Below, in pieces: positions 1-6,673 of a DNA stretch of 41,825 nucleotides. The stretch covers positions 1 through 41,825 of IMG/VR virus record IMGVR_UViG_3300045974_000095; one strand, 5' to 3'. The DNA comes from a virus. How positions within the stretch are numbered: the first letter of the stretch is position 1; each line of letters begins with the position of its first letter. Made by a program: the position numbers and the translations under genes. The notes under the pieces were generated by a model. That model did no database searches. It had not been told where the DNA came from and saw nothing but the letters and a program-made list of their open reading frames with translations.

Positions 1-127
1 GGCGCTGTGGAAGAAAGCCGATCAGGTGGTGGGGATGATGCACCTGAACCACGCCTGGGAGGCCGGGTTCAACGAGCTGAAGAAGCTGCCGGGGTTCGCG
101 GGCACCGGCTTCATGGCCAAGGAGGTC
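1..127. repeat. Terminal overlap: nt 1-127 are identical to nt 41699-41825. This is a circular-assembly overlap and not necessarily a biological terminal repeat.
   Basis: The string ggcgctgtggaagaaagccgatcaggtgg...ttcatggccaaggaggtc occurs at both ends. The ORF starting at 41277 reads through the junction in frame. Confidence 0.95.
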
Positions 128-445
128 CTGCAGGACTACCTGCTCTGGACCAACGAGACCTTCGTGGACGAGGCCACCTGGACCCCGATGGGCCCGGGGG
201 CGCGGCGAGGCATGAACCGCGTGCTGGAGCGCGACCCCTACTACACGCAGCCGAGCGACATCTTCATCTACGAGTGCCAGATGCTGCGGGGTGAGGTGAA
301 CAGGTACTGGACGGCCAACTTCCCTGGCACGGAGCAGTTGACCGCCCACGACGTGCAGTTCTGTCTGTGTGAGTTCGACAAGTACGAACGTGCCCAGAGC
401 GGTCTCGGCCGCCCGAAGGGCCTCTACCACCGGAGGGCAGCGTGA
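1..445 (+). CDS. 3' part of the wrap-around gene 41277..41825 + 128..445 (288 aa in total). DNA-glycosylase-fold base-hypermodification protein, aGPT-Pplase-like.
   Basis: The frame of ORF 26..445 is continuous with ATG 41277 (position 26 = 41724; 41724-41277 is divisible by 3). Motifs FKFTNVKRKNDRTT, GFAGTGFMAKEVLQD, GPGARRGMNRV and CLCEFDKY resemble, from memory, the alpha-glutamyl/putrescinyl-thymine pyrophosphorylase families. No search was run. Confidence 0.5.
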   Translation, partial: ALWKKADQVVGMMHLNHAWEAGFNELKKLPGFAGTGFMAKEVLQDYLLWTNETFVDEATWTPMGPGARRGMNRVLERDPYYTQPSDIFIYECQMLRGEVNRYWTANFPGTEQLTAHDVQFCLCEFDKYERAQSGLGRPKGLYHRRAA

Positions 446-1203
446 TCTACATTCCCACAAGGGGCCGGGTCGACAAGCAGAAGACCTACCACCGGCTCCC
501 GCAGTCGGTCAAGGACTACGCGGTGCTCGTCTGCCCGCCGGACGAAGTCGAGGAGCACAACAGTCGGGGCCGGAATGCCGTGGCCTGCGAGGCGGTGGGC
601 ATCGCCGCCACCCGCGACTGGATAATCGAGCACGCCATCGAGAACGGTATCTGGCACCTCATGATGCTGGACGATGACATGATCCTTCAGCGCCGCCGCG
701 AGGACGGGCGCATCACCAACTGCGACGACCAGGAGATGCTGGACGCCATTCAGTGGGTCTACAACTCCCTGGGCGACTACGCTCACGTCGGCCTGGGCAC
801 GAGGTTCCTGGGGTACAACGAGCCCGGCGAGCACGTCAACACGACACGCATGATGTACGCCCTCGCGTACGATGTGCGGGTCATCACCTCGGTGGGGGCC
901 ACCTTCTGCAAGGGGATGCCGCAGCCCTCCACCATGGAGGACTTCAACATGACCCTCCAGCTGCTGAAGGCCGGATACGACAACTGCGTGAGCCTCGAGT
1001 GGCGCATCACCCCGGGCCAAAGCAACGCCCCCGGGGGATGCTCACTCTGGCGCACTACGCCCGTTCAGAGCCGCTCAGCGGTGGCGCTCGCAGCCCTGCA
1101 CCCAGGGTTGGTCACGGTACGTCCCAAGAAGGAGTGGCGCGACATGGAGGATGGCATGATGGACGTTCGGGTCAAGTGGAAGCAGGCGCTCGGTCATGGA
1201 TAG
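442..1203 (+). CDS. GT-A-like nucleotide-sugar transferase, paralog 1 (resembles TET/JBP-associated glycosyltransferases).
   Basis: The GTG start overlaps the upstream stop (GTGA), with GGAGGG RBS at 432-437. N-terminal IPTRGRVDKQKT and an LDDD (DxD-like) motif are present. It is clearly paralogous to 3280..3987 (shared IPT.GRVDKQKT, DDD, GYAHLGL, APGGC..WR). Confidence 0.5.
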   Translation: MIYIPTRGRVDKQKTYHRLPQSVKDYAVLVCPPDEVEEHNSRGRNAVACEAVGIAATRDWIIEHAIENGIWHLMMLDDDMILQRRREDGRITNCDDQEMLDAIQWVYNSLGDYAHVGLGTRFLGYNEPGEHVNTTRMMYALAYDVRVITSVGATFCKGMPQPSTMEDFNMTLQLLKAGYDNCVSLEWRITPGQSNAPGGCSLWRTTPVQSRSAVALAALHPGLVTVRPKKEWRDMEDGMMDVRVKWKQALGHG

Positions 1204-2152
1204 CCAGACAGCGCCGAACGCCGTGCAGATCGAGCTCGTGGAGGGGTGCAACCTCTACTGCGACTTCTGCGGCCTGCGGGGCATCCGCACCGGCCCGAAC
1301 AAGGGCCTCCAGTTCATGGGCCTGAGCACGCTCATCAAAATCTGCGACGACATTCGCAAGGCGAAGTGGAACTCCAGGCTCGAATTCGCTATGCACGGAG
1401 AGCCGACGCTGCACCCGCAGCTCGTCTACTTCATGCAGACCGTACGGACGATGCTGCCGACGCACTACATCATGCTCACCACGAACGGCGGGGGCCTGCT
1501 CCCCGATGCCCGCAAGAGCGTGGACCTGCTGTTCAGCGCTGGCGTCAACACCATCGCGCTGGACTGCTACAAGTACGTCACCATCAGCGACAAGATCAGG
1601 TTCCAGCTCGCAGGCGTCCCCAGCCACGAGTACCCGGCCGACAAGACTGCCAGCCCCCACACTCGGCACGATGGGCGCAAGTTCGTCTACGTGGCCGACA
1701 TCAGCTCGAGCACGACGGGCACGCACGCCCGACTCAATACTCACTGCGGAGCCGCCTCCCCACCCGACACCTCCATGTGGGGGAAGCGGTGCGCCAAGCC
1801 GTTCCGCGAGATGTCGTTCCGTTGGGACGGCAACGTGGCACTCTGCTGCGAGGACTGGCGTGGAGTCTACAAGTGTGGTAGCATCCACTTGTCGGGCATC
1901 ACCAGCATCTGGAACAGCGAGCCGTTCAGGGCAGCGAGGAAGTTCCTGTACCGTGGCGACCGGGGCAACATCCCCACGTGCGCGACGTGCAATCAGCGGT
2001 CGTACCGAGTGGGGCTGTTGCCGGACCCGCTCGGCAAGGAGACGTTGGAAGAGCCCACCACGTTGGATCTGGACCAGGTGAAGTATGCCTGTCAGGGGGA
2101 GCCATGGACGAAGCCCGTGCTGCGCGTTTGGGAGGAGCCGTCGGATTCCTAG
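1196..2152 (+). CDS. Radical SAM enzyme with a C-terminal SPASM-like cysteine cluster.
   Basis: The CX3CX2C motif is CNLYCDFCG near the N-terminus. The C-terminal Cys-rich region is CAKPF...ALCCEDW...YKCG...PTCATCNQ. The start overlaps the upstream gene by 8 nt. Confidence 0.8.
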   Translation: MDSQTAPNAVQIELVEGCNLYCDFCGLRGIRTGPNKGLQFMGLSTLIKICDDIRKAKWNSRLEFAMHGEPTLHPQLVYFMQTVRTMLPTHYIMLTTNGGGLLPDARKSVDLLFSAGVNTIALDCYKYVTISDKIRFQLAGVPSHEYPADKTASPHTRHDGRKFVYVADISSSTTGTHARLNTHCGAASPPDTSMWGKRCAKPFREMSFRWDGNVALCCEDWRGVYKCGSIHLSGITSIWNSEPFRAARKFLYRGDRGNIPTCATCNQRSYRVGLLPDPLGKETLEEPTTLDLDQVKYACQGEPWTKPVLRVWEEPSDS

Positions 2153-2325
2153 TTGGCATCAGCATGACCCTATTCGTCGTGGGGGCTGCGAAGCTGGCTA
2201 AGGAAGAACGTGAACTCGATGCTGCCAGAGCAGAGCCTGTGCTCAACCTGAGCGTACACGGGCCGAAGCTTGCGACAGAAACACAGGTCTGGAAGTGCAA
2301 GGAGGAGCGGCGTGCTAAGAATTGA
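2104..2325 (+). CDS. Small single-pass membrane protein (start uncertain; alternative ATG at 2164).
   Basis: It has a hydrophobic segment LGGAVGFLVGISMTLFVVGAA followed by a charged tail. Third-position GC is lower than in its neighbours. Confidence 0.3.
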   Translation: MDEARAARLGGAVGFLVGISMTLFVVGAAKLAKEERELDAARAEPVLNLSVHGPKLATETQVWKCKEERRAKN

Positions 2326-3283
2326 GGCCAGAAACGTCAACGACGCCTTTGAGCAGGGCGTGAAGCTACTAGAAGCCTGCGGGGCCCCTACCCCCGGGCG
2401 GGGCGGTCCCACCCTCGAAGCGCCGTCAGCGGTGGCGACTGTGTATCACCGCCCCGTCGAGCGGGTACTCTTCCACCCCGCCCGCGACGCCAACCCGTTC
2501 CTCCACTTCTTCGAAGCTCTGTGGATACTGGCGGGTCGGGTGGACCTCGGGTTCATGGAGCACCTCCAGCCCAGGTTCAAGGACTACAGCGACAACGGCA
2601 AGGAGCTCCAGGGAGCATACGGGTGGCGCTGGAAGCACCATTTCGGATACGATCAGCTCGAGCGTGTGATCGAGGTACTCAAGGCCGACCACGGCACCCG
2701 CCGCGCAGTCCTCACGATGTGGGGCCCCGAGGACATGCGGGTCATCACCAGCAGCGACATCCCCTGCAACACGCACGTCTACTTCAAGATCCGTAACGGG
2801 CAGCTCCGCATGACGGTGTGCAATCGTAGCAACGACATCATCTGGGGAGCGTATGGCGCGAACATGGTCCACATGTCCATGCTCATGGAGTACGTCGCGT
2901 CGAAGGTGGGCGTGGTCATCGGCACCTACACTCAGGTCAGCGATAGCTTCCACGCCTACCTCGAGGGGCCCGGGGGCGAAGTATGGAACCGCGTGCTGCT
3001 CAACCCGATGCCGGTGGCCGATCTGTACGAGGCCAAGGTGGTGACGGCGCACCCGTGCGACATGGACGAAAAGCTGTGGGAGATAGACCTTACCACGTTC
3101 TTCGCCGCCTTCGACCACGGCATCACTCTGCACAAGGACGACTTCTACACTCAGTGGTTCCAGGAGACGGTGCTGCCGATGTGGATAGCCCACGAGTACC
3201 GCTCCGTCAAGGACGCAGCAAACATCGAAGCAGACGATTGGCGTCTGGCTTGTGTCAACTGGCTGTCAAGGAGAGAAAAGTGA
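2312..3283 (+). CDS. Thymidylate synthase / pyrimidine hydroxymethylase superfamily enzyme (candidate dUMP hydroxymethylase).
   Basis: By-eye alignment to E. coli ThyA gives these pairs:
- EALWILAGRVD ~ ELLWFLQGDTN
- DQLERVIEVLKADHGTRRAVLTMWG ~ [25 protein letters not shown]
- catalytic Cys in IPCNTHVYFKIRNGQL ~ APCHAFFQFYVADGKL
- CNRSNDIIWGAYGAN ~ YQRSCDVFLGLPFN
- SDSFHAY ~ GDTHLY

The GTG start at 2312 follows AAGGAGG. Confidence 0.75.
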   Translation: MLRIEARNVNDAFEQGVKLLEACGAPTPGRGGPTLEAPSAVATVYHRPVERVLFHPARDANPFLHFFEALWILAGRVDLGFMEHLQPRFKDYSDNGKELQGAYGWRWKHHFGYDQLERVIEVLKADHGTRRAVLTMWGPEDMRVITSSDIPCNTHVYFKIRNGQLRMTVCNRSNDIIWGAYGANMVHMSMLMEYVASKVGVVIGTYTQVSDSFHAYLEGPGGEVWNRVLLNPMPVADLYEAKVVTAHPCDMDEKLWEIDLTTFFAAFDHGITLHKDDFYTQWFQETVLPMWIAHEYRSVKDAANIEADDWRLACVNWLSRREK

Positions 3284-3987
3284 GGATCTTCATACCTACC
3301 ATCGGGCGGGTGGACAAGCAGAAGACCGCCCGCCAACTGGACTTCGCCGGCCTGGACTACACCCTGGTCGTGCCCCTCGAGGACGTGGAGCAGTACGCGA
3401 AGTTCAAGAACGTGCTCGGCTGCCCGGACATCGGTATCCGCGCCACCCGCCAGTTCATCATGGACACCGCCCGCAAGGGCAAGGTCATCCAGCTCGACGA
3501 TGACCTCACCTTCTACCGCCGCTCCGACGACGGCAAGAAGTTCTACCCCATCGAGGGCGAGTCCGTCTACGAGATGTTCGAGTTCATCGGGGAGATGCTC
3601 GACGGCTACGCGCACCTCGGGCTGGTGGACAAGTTCATGTCCCAGAGCCAGCCCCGCATCATGCGTCACAACGGGCGCTTCACTCACCTGCTCGCCTACA
3701 ACATGGATCTGTTCCACGTGAAGCCGCAGTACCGAGTCGAGGTGTGCGAGGAGCACGACTACAACCTCCAGCTTCTGCTGGCAGGCCACCCGTCGTGCAT
3801 CCTGACGGAGTTCTCCAAGGTGGAGACCCCTCGGGCCCCTGGAGGGTGCAACACCTGGAGGCACGACCAGCTCGAGGTGGATGCGTGCAAGGAGATGGAG
3901 CGCCTGTTCCCCGGCATCGTGCAGGCGGACGGCATCAAGATCCGGGTCAACTGGAAGAAGGCGGGGCAGAATGCCGGTAATGGATAG
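3280..3987 (+). CDS. GT-A-like nucleotide-sugar transferase, paralog 2.
   Basis: The GTG start overlaps the upstream stop (GTGA), with AAGGAGAG RBS. Motifs are IPTIGRVDKQKT, QLDDD, GYAHLGL and APGGCNTWR. It is a paralog of 442..1203. Confidence 0.5.
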   Translation: MRIFIPTIGRVDKQKTARQLDFAGLDYTLVVPLEDVEQYAKFKNVLGCPDIGIRATRQFIMDTARKGKVIQLDDDLTFYRRSDDGKKFYPIEGESVYEMFEFIGEMLDGYAHLGLVDKFMSQSQPRIMRHNGRFTHLLAYNMDLFHVKPQYRVEVCEEHDYNLQLLLAGHPSCILTEFSKVETPRAPGGCNTWRHDQLEVDACKEMERLFPGIVQADGIKIRVNWKKAGQNAGNG

Positions 3988-4498
3988 GGTCGCGATTCTG
4001 TACCGGGCGGGCGAGGTCAAGCGGCTTCACACGGTCTACACTCAGCACACCCACACGATCGCCGAGCACGTCTACGGGAGCCAGGTCCTGGCCCTGGAAC
4101 TCTGCCGGCTCAACAACCTGGACGAAGCATCCCAGGGACGTGTGCTCCAGATGCTGCTCCTGCACGACGCGCCCGAGGTGTGGACCGGCGACTGGCCCGC
4201 CCCCATCAAGCGGACGAGCCCTGCGCTGAAGGGGCTGGGGGAGCATCTCGAGCGGGAGTTCTACAACAAGAACGACATCTACCTGCCGAACCTGAACCCT
4301 ACGGAGGAAGCCATCGTCAAGGCGTGCGACACGCTCGATCTGGCGATGACCTGTATGCGGGAGCGCCTGATGGGAAACAGGTCCAGCGCTCTGGCAGCGG
4401 TATTCAACAACTGTATGTCGTACATCACAGCACAGTCGTGGGTCCACGGAGTAACCGCACTCGCAAAACAAATCACAGGAGCCTGGGATGCCAGCTAA
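3971..4498 (+). CDS. HD-domain phosphohydrolase, YfbR-like 5'-deoxynucleotidase.
   Basis: HTIAEHV, LLHDAPEVWTGDWPAPIK (compare YfbR YHDASEVLTGDLPTPVK) and KACDTLDLAMTCMRE (compare KQADALCAYLKCLEE). An alternative start lies at 3980. Confidence 0.75.
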   Translation: MPVMDRVAILYRAGEVKRLHTVYTQHTHTIAEHVYGSQVLALELCRLNNLDEASQGRVLQMLLLHDAPEVWTGDWPAPIKRTSPALKGLGEHLEREFYNKNDIYLPNLNPTEEAIVKACDTLDLAMTCMRERLMGNRSSALAAVFNNCMSYITAQSWVHGVTALAKQITGAWDAS

Positions 4499-4727
4499 GA
4501 TCGTTGCACCGCCCGTCGTTCAGCCCACCGCCAACGAGCAGCAGGTTGGCGGATCGCACTACAACACCCCCATCCAGCATTGGGACTTCGTGGTGCAGAA
4601 CCAGATCCCCTACCTCGAGGCCGTCGCCATCAAGTACATCTTCCGCCACGCCTCCAAGGGCGGCAAGGAGGACTTGCTCAAGGCGAAGCACTTCATCGAC
4701 AAGATCCTCGAGACGTTTTACCCCTAG
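4488..4727 (+). CDS. DUF3310-family phage protein.
   Basis: GGSHY...IQHWDF...AVAIKYIFRH..KGGKEDLLKAKHFI is the characteristic DUF3310 pattern. The start overlaps the HD gene stop. Confidence 0.7.
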   Translation: MPAKIVAPPVVQPTANEQQVGGSHYNTPIQHWDFVVQNQIPYLEAVAIKYIFRHASKGGKEDLLKAKHFIDKILETFYP

Positions 4728-4757
4728 TTGCAGTCCACCCCCGGAAAGGTGTATACT
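4728..4757 (+). promoter_or_regulatory. Sigma70-type promoter with extended -10 (TTGCAG-N18-gTGtATACT).
   Basis: The -35 element TTGCAG is at 4728-4733 and the -10 element TATACT is at 4752-4757, preceded by TG. It belongs to the same family as the promoters at 35841, 37053 and 39191. ATG 4764 lies 7 nt after the -10, so the transcript may be leaderless. Confidence 0.45.
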
Positions 4758-4763
4758 AGCCGT

Positions 4764-5066
4764 ATGGAGCAAACCGCCATGAGATTCGCTGACCCCGTTA
4801 CGCGTCTCGTGGATGCGTGGCTGCGGACGCAGCCGGGGTCGTACAGCGAACTCGAGACCCAGGAGCTGTACCGCATCGCCCGTGGCTGGTCACTCGACAA
4901 GTCCGCGGCTGACACCAACCGGGCGGGGGAAACCATCCGCTCAAGGAGAAAGGGTATCTACTTCAAGCTGGGAGTTCAGGGGGCCCGTGACATCCAGGGA
5001 AGCCTGTTGCGCTTCGCACTACTCGAGGGAGGAGTACATCATGCCGTGGCCGCAGACAGTCGGTGA
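4764..5066 (+). CDS. Small GerE/LuxR-type HTH regulator (alternative start at 4779 with a GGAG RBS).
   Basis: The C-terminal ETIRSRRKGIYFKLGVQGARDIQGSLLRFALLEG resembles the GerE-family recognition helix region (..TVKtHr.nIy.KLgv.sR.el). Confidence 0.45.
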   Translation: MEQTAMRFADPVTRLVDAWLRTQPGSYSELETQELYRIARGWSLDKSAADTNRAGETIRSRRKGIYFKLGVQGARDIQGSLLRFALLEGGVHHAVAADSR

Positions 5067-5424
5067 GTGCGTAGACCTCGCCTTCACCATGAGGGCAGAG
5101 CGCCTCGCCGCACAGAAGGAAGTGGACGAAGTCAAAGCAAGGGAGGAGCAACTCAAGGATCACGTCCTGCACCTGCTCGCCGATTCGAACATCGATGGAG
5201 CCAAGGGTAAGGTCGCAACCGCCGCAGTCCAGCGCCGAGTGGTGGCTCAGGTCAGCAACTGGGATGAAGTGTATCAGTACATCCAGGACAACGCTGCCTT
5301 CGATCTGCTGCAGAAGCGCGTCAACGACACCGCGTTCCGTGAACGGATGGAGGCCGGGGAGGCTATCCCCGGAGTCGAGCCGTTCACCGTGGTAACTCTC
5401 TCACTCACGAAAGCAGGCAAGTAG
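5041..5424 (+). CDS. Conserved coiled-coil protein of the replication/recombination module; function unknown.
   Basis: ATG 5041 is preceded by GGAGG. Third-position GC is high and the N-terminus is coiled-coil (RAERLAAQKEVDEVKAREEQLKDHV). It lies directly upstream of the SSB-like gene. Confidence 0.5.
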   Translation: MPWPQTVGECVDLAFTMRAERLAAQKEVDEVKAREEQLKDHVLHLLADSNIDGAKGKVATAAVQRRVVAQVSNWDEVYQYIQDNAAFDLLQKRVNDTAFRERMEAGEAIPGVEPFTVVTLSLTKAGK

Positions 5425-6249
5425 ATGGCACTTCCTACGCCCAAGAAGCTCCCCGTTCCAACCCCCACCGCCCTCGCCAAGCCGAAGCCGGCGAGCGAAC
5501 AGACCCTGGCAGTTCAGGGTCAGTGGGATGCCGAACTGGCGCAGTTCGCCCAGGAGGCAAGCGAGTCCGAAGTCACCCCGAGCGGCAACTTCATCAGCGT
5601 GCGGGGCGGGTTCCTCGAGATCGGCGGTCAGCAGGTTCCCGGCGGCAGCATCAACGTGCTCGCCGTGGACCACATCTTCGAGAACACCTTCTACACGAAG
5701 GCGTACGACCCGAACAACACCGTCAACCCCGACTGCTTCGCGCTGGGCCGCGACGAGAAGACCCTGGCCCCGCACGAGAACTCCGCCGCTCCCCAGGCCG
5801 AGAGCTGCGCGGTCTGCCCCCAGAACGTGTTCGGTTCCAAGGGCAAGGGGAAGGCGTGCCAGAACCGGCGGCGCATCGCCATGCTGAGCGCCGACGTCGA
5901 GGAGATCACCCCGGAGCACATCCAGTCGAGCGACCTGCTCTACCTGAAGCTGCCGGTCACGTCGTGCAAGAACTGGGCGTTCTACGTCAAGTCGACCACC
6001 GCCACGTTCCAGCGCCCGCCGTTCGCGCTGATCACCAACATGCTCGTCCAGCCCGACCCGAAGACCCAGACCAAGGTCACCTTCAACGCGGCTGGCGTCC
6101 TGCCCGACCACCTCATCGGGGCCATCATCGCCCGCCACAACGAGGTCAAGGAGCAGATCATGTTCGCCTACGAGCCCGCCCAGGCCGAGGCGGAGCCGGA
6201 GCCCGTCGCGGCCCCGGTGGCACGTCCGCTTCCTCGCAAGAAGTTCTAG
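5425..6249 (+). CDS. Possible ssDNA-binding / annealing protein with a zinc-binding motif.
   Basis: It contains CAVCPQNVFGSKGKGKACQN (CxxC...C). It sits between the recombination-type genes and the DNA polymerase. The family was recognised only loosely. Confidence 0.4.
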   Translation: MALPTPKKLPVPTPTALAKPKPASEQTLAVQGQWDAELAQFAQEASESEVTPSGNFISVRGGFLEIGGQQVPGGSINVLAVDHIFENTFYTKAYDPNNTVNPDCFALGRDEKTLAPHENSAAPQAESCAVCPQNVFGSKGKGKACQNRRRIAMLSADVEEITPEHIQSSDLLYLKLPVTSCKNWAFYVKSTTATFQRPPFALITNMLVQPDPKTQTKVTFNAAGVLPDHLIGAIIARHNEVKEQIMFAYEPAQAEAEPEPVAAPVARPLPRKKF

Positions 6250-6300
6250 TCGTAGGTGCTGTGCTGATCTAGCGCGGTGGAGAAGCTAGACAGGCGGTAG

Positions 6301-6341
6301 GGTGGCCGGAGGGTCCTGACAGCCTCCGGCCACCTTTCTCT
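6301..6341 (+). terminator. Intrinsic terminator.
   Basis: A 12-bp perfect stem GGTGGCCGGAGG / CCTCCGGCCACC carries a 10-nt loop and is followed by TTTCTCT. Confidence 0.7.
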
Positions 6342-6355
6342 AACCGGAGACCACC

Positions 6356-6673
6356 GTGAAGGTCTGGACAAAGCGATTCCTCAAGTTCGTGCTGGTAGAC
6401 TACGCTCCCGCCTGCTGGCTCTGGCAGGGAAAGCGGAACGCCAAGGGCTACGGACTTTTCACGCTCAATCACCGCAGACACTACGCGCACCGCATGATGT
6501 GGATTCTGCACGACGGAGATATTCCAGACGGGATGGTAGTCCGGCATTCTTGTGACGTGCCCGCCTGCGTGAATCCTGTGCATCTTCGACTCGGCACGAT
6601 AGCTGACAACAACTGGGACACCGTCAGACGTGGACGAAATGCGGCCGCAAAGCGGAGGGCAGATGCTTCCTAA
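6356..6673 (+). CDS. HNH homing endonuclease.
   Basis: CWLWQGKRNAKGYGLF...YAHRMMW...VVRHSCDVPACVNPVHLRLGTIADN is the typical HNH_3 pattern. It uses a GTG start and is free-standing between a terminator and the polymerase gene. Confidence 0.85.
   Translation: MKVWTKRFLKFVLVDYAPACWLWQGKRNAKGYGLFTLNHRRHYAHRMMWILHDGDIPDGMVVRHSCDVPACVNPVHLRLGTIADNNWDTVRRGRNAAAKRRADAS

Noticed and set aside
1-127. The 127-nt direct terminal repeat as a biological DTR (T7-like ends).
   Set aside because: The repeat lies inside a coding sequence and is exactly the length of a common assembler k-mer overlap for circular contigs, so it most likely reflects circular closure or a permuted population. Only read-end analysis could show otherwise.
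5523-6272. A 249-aa ORF and other alternative-frame ORFs overlapping the SSB-like gene (5528..5887, 5401..6138 minus).
   Set aside because: They give Arg/Pro/Gly-rich shadow translations, whereas the 5425..6249 frame has coherent composition, a Zn motif and correct operon spacing.
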